From the NCBI GenBank assembly GCA_035486075.1, contig DATHNK010000306.1:1-29567 (forward strand): DNA of 29,567 nucleotides. The letters are read 5' to 3'. Position numbers and translations under genes: made by a program. This DNA comes from Bacteroidia bacterium (GTDB lineage: Bacteria > Bacteroidota > Bacteroidia > JABEUT01). The notes beneath the pieces were generated by a model. That model was not told where the DNA came from, searched no databases, and saw only the letters and a list, made by a program, of their open reading frames with translations. Positions within the stretch are counted from its first letter, which is position 1; every line of letters starts with the position of its first letter. Positions 24,207-29,567 of the stretch are shown here, piece by piece.

Positions 24207-26177
24207 ATGATACACCTAAAACGCATATTTGTTTTTTTTATTTTTATCATTCCTTTCATAACACATTCACAGAATGCAGGAAAAACCTATACCGATTCAC
24301 TTACTAACCTATTGCAACAAACAAGCAATGGCCAGGACAAAGTTGTACTTTTAAATAACCTTTCACACGGTTATTATTACATTAAATGCAGCGAAGGCCT
24401 GAGATATGGATCGGAAGCTCTCGCTATAGCCCAGAAACTTGATTTAAAGGAAGAATTAGCGGATGCTTTTGACGGAGTAGGAATGAATTTTATGGGTAAA
24501 GGCGATTATGATACAGCCCTTAATTGCTATAATACATCGCAAAATATCTATGAGCAATTAAATGATAAAAAAATGATTGCGAGGGAACTGGGTAACGAAG
24601 GCTTGGTTTACAATGCAGAGAGCGATTATCCAAAGGCTTTGAAATATTTTCTGGATGCATTAAAATTGGCTGAAGACGGAAACTCAAAAGATGAAATAGC
24701 CCTTCTTTCAGGATATATCAGCAGGGTTTACGTAAGCGAATCTGATTTTAAAAAAGCCATGGAATATGGAATGAAGGGACTTGACATTCATAAAGCTTCT
24801 GGAAATAGCCTTGGATTGGCCCTTGATTATGGAACCCTGGGCTTAGTGTATATGGAAATGGGCAAATATGATTCTGCCTTGTACTATGATTTGAAGTCGA
24901 TTGATATACATCAGAAACTTGGCAATAGTGAAGAAATCAAGAATGTATTAAGCGCATTAGGCCTTTTATATGCCAAAGAGGTGAATTACGAAAAATCACT
25001 GGATTATGAGTCACAGGCCTTGAAGATGGATAGTGTTTTGGATGATAAAGATGCCAAAGCAATTAACCTTGCCCAGATAGGTGAAGACGATCTTCGGATT
25101 GCTGAAGACATTAGCGGCAAAACAAAAACAATGGATTTTATGATGCCTATGGGCCAGGGCGAAAATGATAAGATGGGTAAAGCAATTGATTACCTTGACC
25201 AGTCTGTTACTCTCAGTAAAGAAGTAGGAGATTTGAACACACTTCAATTGGCGTATAGCGATCTCGCTGAAGCCCAATCAACCAATGGAAATTATAAAGA
25301 CGCCAGGGAGTATTATACCCAGTATGAATTATTCAGGGATTCTGTTTATTCCGAAAAAAGCCAAATGCGGATAGCAAATCTTGAAATGCAACGTAACCTG
25401 ATACTTAAGGACCAGCAAATTCAAACGGCCAATATGCAATCTGCCCGAAGGCGCAATATGGTCATTTATATGTTGGGTGGGTTTGGATTGCTTCTTCTGG
25501 TTTTGTTATTAGTTATTAGAGAGCGCCGGCGTTCTGAAAACCTGTTGCTCAACATTCTTCCTGCACAAACAGCCAGAGAACTCAAATTGAAAGGCAAAGC
25601 AGCAGCCAATAGCTACACTTTAGTTACAGTAATGTTTACCGACTTCAAAAACTTTACCAAACTGGCCGAGAATATGACCCCTCAGGAACTTGTTGAGGAA
25701 ATACATTATTGCTATAGTGAATTTGACAAAATACTTTCCAGGCATAATGTGGAAAAAATTAAAACCATCGGAGATGGATATATGGCCGCCGGTGGACTTC
25801 CTGTTGAAAACAAAACTAATCCGGTTGATACTATAATGGCAGCGCTGGAAATTCAGCAATTTATGAAGACCGAAAAGGAGAGAAGAATACGGGAAAAGAA
25901 AGTATTTTTTGAATTACGCATCGGGATCAATACTGGCCCTGTTGTTGCGGGAATTGTAGGTATAAAGAAATTTGCCTACGACATTTGGGGCGATACGGTA
26001 AATATTGCTTCCCGCATAGAATCAGCGGGAGAAGTAGGAGATGTAACCATTTCCGGCGCTACGCATGAATGTGTAAAAGAAGACTTCAATTGCATTTATA
26101 AAGGAAAAACAGAGGCTAAGAATAAAGGAATGATTGATGTGTATATTGTTGAAAGCAGGAAAAGCAGCTTAGCTTAG
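24207..26177 (+). CDS. Membrane-anchored class III adenylate cyclase with extracytoplasmic TPR sensor region
   Basis: Signal peptide (MIHLKRIFVFF...), several TPR-like repeats, one TM helix (MVIYMLGGFGLLLLVLLLVI), cyclase motifs VMFTDFKNFT, KIKTIGDGYMA, RIGINTGP, YDIWGDTVNIASRIES. Confidence 0.9.
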   Translation: MIHLKRIFVFFIFIIPFITHSQNAGKTYTDSLTNLLQQTSNGQDKVVLLNNLSHGYYYIKCSEGLRYGSEALAIAQKLDLKEELADAFDGVGMNFMGKGDYDTALNCYNTSQNIYEQLNDKKMIARELGNEGLVYNAESDYPKALKYFLDALKLAEDGNSKDEIALLSGYISRVYVSESDFKKAMEYGMKGLDIHKASGNSLGLALDYGTLGLVYMEMGKYDSALYYDLKSIDIHQKLGNSEEIKNVLSALGLLYAKEVNYEKSLDYESQALKMDSVLDDKDAKAINLAQIGEDDLRIAEDISGKTKTMDFMMPMGQGENDKMGKAIDYLDQSVTLSKEVGDLNTLQLAYSDLAEAQSTNGNYKDAREYYTQYELFRDSVYSEKSQMRIANLEMQRNLILKDQQIQTANMQSARRRNMVIYMLGGFGLLLLVLLLVIRERRRSENLLLNILPAQTARELKLKGKAAANSYTLVTVMFTDFKNFTKLAENMTPQELVEEIHYCYSEFDKILSRHNVEKIKTIGDGYMAAGGLPVENKTNPVDTIMAALEIQQFMKTEKERRIREKKVFFELRIGINTGPVVAGIVGIKKFAYDIWGDTVNIASRIESAGEVGDVTISGATHECVKEDFNCIYKGKTEAKNKGMIDVYIVESRKSSLA

Positions 26178-26191
26178 GTTCTTATTTAATT

Positions 26192-26986
26192 CTATAACAC
26201 AAACTGAACTCCGCTCCTGTGTAGCCAATAAATGGCAATTGCAGCCAGTATCCGGTAAATTCCAAAAATCCGGAAACCGTGCTTTTGCAGGTAGGTAATA
26301 AAAAACTTTATAGCAATTATAGCTACCACAAATGCAACAATATTCCCAATAAGCAATAATTGAATTTCTTGTCCATGAAATCCTCCGCCACCTTTATAGT
26401 ATTCGAAAAGCTTATATGCAGTGGCTACAAACATAGTTGGTACGGCCAAAAAGAATGAAAATTCTACAGCCGATTTCCGGTTAAGTTTTTGACTAAGACC
26501 TCCAACAATGGTAGCTGCAGACCTGGATACACCCGGGATCATAGAAATAGCCTGGAAAAAACCAATTACAAGGGCGTTTTTATACAATATCTCTTTATCA
26601 GGTTCCTTTTCTGCATTTTTAAACCATCTGTCAATAAATAGCAAGATAACACCACCAATAAAAAAAGACCACGCCACTACCATTACGTCACCAAGCATCC
26701 TGTCAATTAGCTTATTACATAAAAAGCCAATTATTCCGGCAGGTAAAAAGGCCACAAAAAGCTTATAGTAAAAATTGAGGCTCTTGAAAAACCGCTTCCA
26801 ATAAAGAACTACCACAGCCATAATAGCTCCTAATTGAATAGCTACTGTAAAAGCCTTTAGGAACTGGTCTTCTTCAATACCAAGTAATGAACTGGTAACC
26901 ATCAGGTGACCGGTAGATGAAATAGGCAAAAACTCTGTTATACCTTCAACTACTCCTAAAATAAACGATTCCCAAACACCAATCAT
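26192..26986 (-). CDS. uppP: Undecaprenyl-diphosphate phosphatase (BacA/UppP)
   Basis: [45 protein letters not shown] 26986 preferred because the longer track start spans a -7 motif. Confidence 0.95.
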   Translation of the reverse strand: MIGVWESFILGVVEGITEFLPISSTGHLMVTSSLLGIEEDQFLKAFTVAIQLGAIMAVVVLYWKRFFKSLNFYYKLFVAFLPAGIIGFLCNKLIDRMLGDVMVVAWSFFIGGVILLFIDRWFKNAEKEPDKEILYKNALVIGFFQAISMIPGVSRSAATIVGGLSQKLNRKSAVEFSFFLAVPTMFVATAYKLFEYYKGGGGFHGQEIQLLLIGNIVAFVVAIIAIKFFITYLQKHGFRIFGIYRILAAIAIYWLHRSGVQFVL

Positions 26987-27007
26987 CTTTGCTCTATTAA
27001 AGTTTGC

Positions 27008-27015
27008 AAAACTAT
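27008..27015 (-). promoter_or_regulatory. -7 promoter element for uppP
   Basis: Reverse complement TAGTTTTG, 21 nt upstream of ATG 26986. Confidence 0.55.
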
Positions 27016-27142
27016 AAAATAATATCACAAATTAAATCTGATATTAAAAGATTAATAAAATTTAATGTACGCTAAAAACTTTATACCAGACATTTAGCCT
27101 TATATATGAACATTATTTATTCCTTTGCATAAATAGATAAGT

Positions 27143-27751
27143 ATGGCAGAGGAGTTTAAAATAGTAGTTATTACACCCGAAAAGGATATGATGGAAGAAC
27201 CGGCAATAATTACCGGTTTGTTCCAGGCAGGGCTGCAAACATTACATATACGAAAACCTAACCATACAAGACTGACAATAAAGAACCTTTTATTGGCCAT
27301 ACCTAAAGATTTTCATTCCAGTATAGTCCTGCATCAGCACTACGATTTACTTAATGAATTTGAGTTAAAAGGCGCTCATTTGCCGGAAAAACGCAGAAAG
27401 GAACATGACACGTATGGCATAAGAAATATTATTTCTACTTCCTTTCACAAACTGGAGGATATTACCAGGGAACGAACAAATTTCGAGTATGCTTTTTTTA
27501 GCCCTGTGTTCCGAAGTATTTCAAAAAAAGGCCATGAGTCTTCAGTTGAATTGAAGACATTGAAAGTATTCTTTGAATCACACACTCCTACTCTTCGATT
27601 TCCGATAATTGCTTTAGGTGGAATTTCTGAGCAAAACATTCTCACCGCAAAAGATATTGGGTTTGGAGGTGGGGCTTGCATAGGTTACATATGGGAAAAC
27701 CCTGATCCGTTGCAACAGTTTAAAAAAATACAAAATTTATTAAAGGGCTAA
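27143..27751 (+). CDS. Thiamine phosphate synthase family protein (divergent ThiE/TenI-like)
   Basis: LHIRKP, GAHL, YAFFSPVF.SISK.G, IIALGGI; 202 aa. Lacks the canonical ND motif (HQH instead). Confidence 0.78.
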   Translation: MAEEFKIVVITPEKDMMEEPAIITGLFQAGLQTLHIRKPNHTRLTIKNLLLAIPKDFHSSIVLHQHYDLLNEFELKGAHLPEKRRKEHDTYGIRNIISTSFHKLEDITRERTNFEYAFFSPVFRSISKKGHESSVELKTLKVFFESHTPTLRFPIIALGGISEQNILTAKDIGFGGGACIGYIWENPDPLQQFKKIQNLLKG

Positions 27752-28788
27752 TTATTGGTTAAACAGAAAATATTTTTCAACCCCTTTTTTGATAGAAGGA
27801 GCGCTGCTTGTTTGCTGCGTGATCCGCTTTTACAATAAAGCGCAACAGGAACATTATTACTCCCGAAGTCATATTCTTCAATCTCGTAAAGCGGAATATT
27901 CTTAGAGCTCTCTTCAATAGGCGTAAACTCATATTCATCGCTTACATCAATTGACAGATGCGGGATTCGTGAAAACTTTTCCAAAAAATTTCGTTTAGAA
28001 ATAGAAGTAATAATATCGTTATTGCAAGCAATATTATAATCTCCAAGCGATTTAATCTTCTTATTCTCAGCGATTGCAGTTATGTTAAGCTTAGAGAATT
28101 TATTATTAAGCAAATCTATCATCAATAATTTCCCTGATAAGACATCCCCTACCCCGGTTATAATTTTAAGAACTTCATTTGCCTGTATACAGCCAACTGT
28201 TCCTGCCAACGCTCCAATAACCCCATTTTCATCACAACTGGGGGCATTCTCTTTTGAGGGAGGCTCGGGATATAAACAGCGGTAGGTAGGTCCTTCTTTA
28301 TAGTTAAATACCGACACTTGTCCTTCAAAGCCAAGTATAGATGCAAACACAAAGGGCTTATTTAATATTACACAAGCATCGTTAATGAGATAGCGAGTTT
28401 CGAAATTGTCTGTTGCATCAACTATTACATCGTAATCGGCAAGTATATTGAGAGCATTTGACTTCTCAAGTCCCTTTTCAATAGCGACAATATTTACAAG
28501 TGGATTGAATGCTTTTAGTTTTTGAGATGCTGCTAAAGCCTTATTCTTACCAACATCCTCCATATCATAAATAACCTGTCTTTGTAAATTACTTAAATCC
28601 ACAATATCAAAATCCATAATGGTAATATTTCCCACACCAGCTGCAGCCAGATAAGAAAGTACAGGGCATCCCAAACCTCCTGCACCAATAACGAGAACAC
28701 GACTTGCTTTTACTTTTTCTTGGGCTTCAATACCCCAGTTAGCATATATGATTTGCCTGTTATATCGTATATTTTCCTCTTCAGTCAT
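27748..28788 (-). CDS. thiF: ThiF/MoeB adenylyltransferase fused to a C-terminal rhodanese domain
   Basis: RYNRQI, GAGGLG, DFDIVDLSNLQRQ, DATDNF, PSCDENGV; rhodanese loop LYCKSGSRS; immediately downstream of thiH. Confidence 0.85.
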   Translation of the reverse strand: MTEEENIRYNRQIIYANWGIEAQEKVKASRVLVIGAGGLGCPVLSYLAAAGVGNITIMDFDIVDLSNLQRQVIYDMEDVGKNKALAASQKLKAFNPLVNIVAIEKGLEKSNALNILADYDVIVDATDNFETRYLINDACVILNKPFVFASILGFEGQVSVFNYKEGPTYRCLYPEPPSKENAPSCDENGVIGALAGTVGCIQANEVLKIITGVGDVLSGKLLMIDLLNNKFSKLNITAIAENKKIKSLGDYNIACNNDIITSISKRNFLEKFSRIPHLSIDVSDEYEFTPIEESSKNIPLYEIEEYDFGSNNVPVALYCKSGSRSKQAALLLSKKGLKNIFCLTNN

Positions 28789-28789
28789 G

Positions 28790-29566
28790 TTAATGAGCAG
28801 TAAGTGCTTTATCCCAATTTTTCCAGACAGCTTCGTAGCCTTGTTGCTGGATTAATTCTAAAATTTGTTCCGGTGTGCGGTCATCGCTTATTTCAAACTG
28901 TTCCAGTGTTTCCGGTGATGCAGAATATCCTCCCGGATTAGTTTTAGAACCTGCACTCATAGACGTGACTCCCATATTTATTAAATGATTTCGCATGTAC
29001 TCCGGTTCGCGTGTAGAGAGTGACATCTCCACTTCGTGATCGAATATACGGAGTGCACAAAGCAATTGTACAAATTGCTTATCGCTAACAGGATGGTCAA
29101 CCGAATCAACTCCTTCCGCCGGGCGCAGCCTTGGGAATGATATACTGTAGCGGGTTTGCCAATAGGTCTTCTCCAAATAATTAAGATGGAGCGCCAAAAA
29201 AAATGCATCGATTCTCCAATCACTAAGCCCCAATAAAACACCTAGGCCGATTTTATTTATGCCTGCTTTTCCAACACGGTCAGGCGTATCCAGGCGATTA
29301 ACATAGTTTGCTTTTTTTCCCTTGAGATGATATGTTTTATATACTTCCGGATTATAGGTCTCTTGGTAAACAAGCACTGCATCGCATCCGGAATCTTTGA
29401 ACATTGAATATTCTGCTTCTCCCAATGGTTGTACTTCCACGGAAACATCGGCAAAATACTTCCTGGCTATAGCTATAGAATTACTAATGTAGTTAGGGTT
29501 TGCATGTATTGCATCTTCTCCGGTTACAAGCAATACATGTTCAAACTTTTCAGCTTTCAAAAACTC
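28790..29566 (-). CDS. thiH: 2-iminoacetate synthase ThiH (5'-truncated by window edge)
   Basis: LLVTGE, VEVQPL, VYQETY, GLGVLLGL, SISFPRLRP, LSTRE, SAGSKTNPGGY, QFEISD.R. The frame stays open past the track's TTG to the window end. Confidence 0.95.
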   Translation of the reverse strand, partial: EFLKAEKFEHVLLVTGEDAIHANPNYISNSIAIARKYFADVSVEVQPLGEAEYSMFKDSGCDAVLVYQETYNPEVYKTYHLKGKKANYVNRLDTPDRVGKAGINKIGLGVLLGLSDWRIDAFFLALHLNYLEKTYWQTRYSISFPRLRPAEGVDSVDHPVSDKQFVQLLCALRIFDHEVEMSLSTREPEYMRNHLINMGVTSMSAGSKTNPGGYSASPETLEQFEISDDRTPEQILELIQQQGYEAVWKNWDKALTAH

Positions 29567-29567
29567 A

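Noticed and set aside
27029-27142. TPP riboswitch
   Set aside because: AT-rich; lacks the CTGAGA and ACCTG core motifs. Any thi riboswitch would lie upstream of thiH, outside the window.

Overview
Housekeeping-rich 29.6 kb window from a Bacteroidota genome. The assignment rests on repeated TAnnTTTG (-7) promoter elements, a type IX secretion (T9SS) C-terminal sorting domain, and Bacteroidota-type MenE, PspC, DUF2851 and ThiE-like proteins. Order: partial MFS transporter (-); thiolase, NlpC/P60, FtsE-like ATPase, crotonase, MerR (+); a tightly packed ~12 kb minus-strand run fadN-fadA-fadE-menF-menD-menB-menA-menC-menE; VOC protein (+); pspC, DUF2851, SAM methyltransferase (-); a three-gene minus-strand module YHYH/T9SS protein -> MbnP -> MbnH/MauG-like di-heme enzyme, preceded by a beta-barrel gene; a divergent TPR class III adenylate cyclase (+); uppP (-); a ThiE-like gene (+) converging on thiH-thiF (-, thiH cut by the window edge). 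I saw no rRNA, tRNA, CRISPR, integrase or transposase. The best candidate for an undescribed system is the YHYH-MbnP-MbnH module (20142-23191), which has no methanobactin genes in the window and may be a methanobactin-independent copper-handling or Trp-modification system (inference). Other notable items: a 91-bp hairpin built from heptamer repeats between divergent promoters, a nuclease-like motif plus four-Cys pattern in DUF2851, and possible co-transcription of beta-oxidation and menaquinone genes. All calls come from motif reading only; no searches were run.
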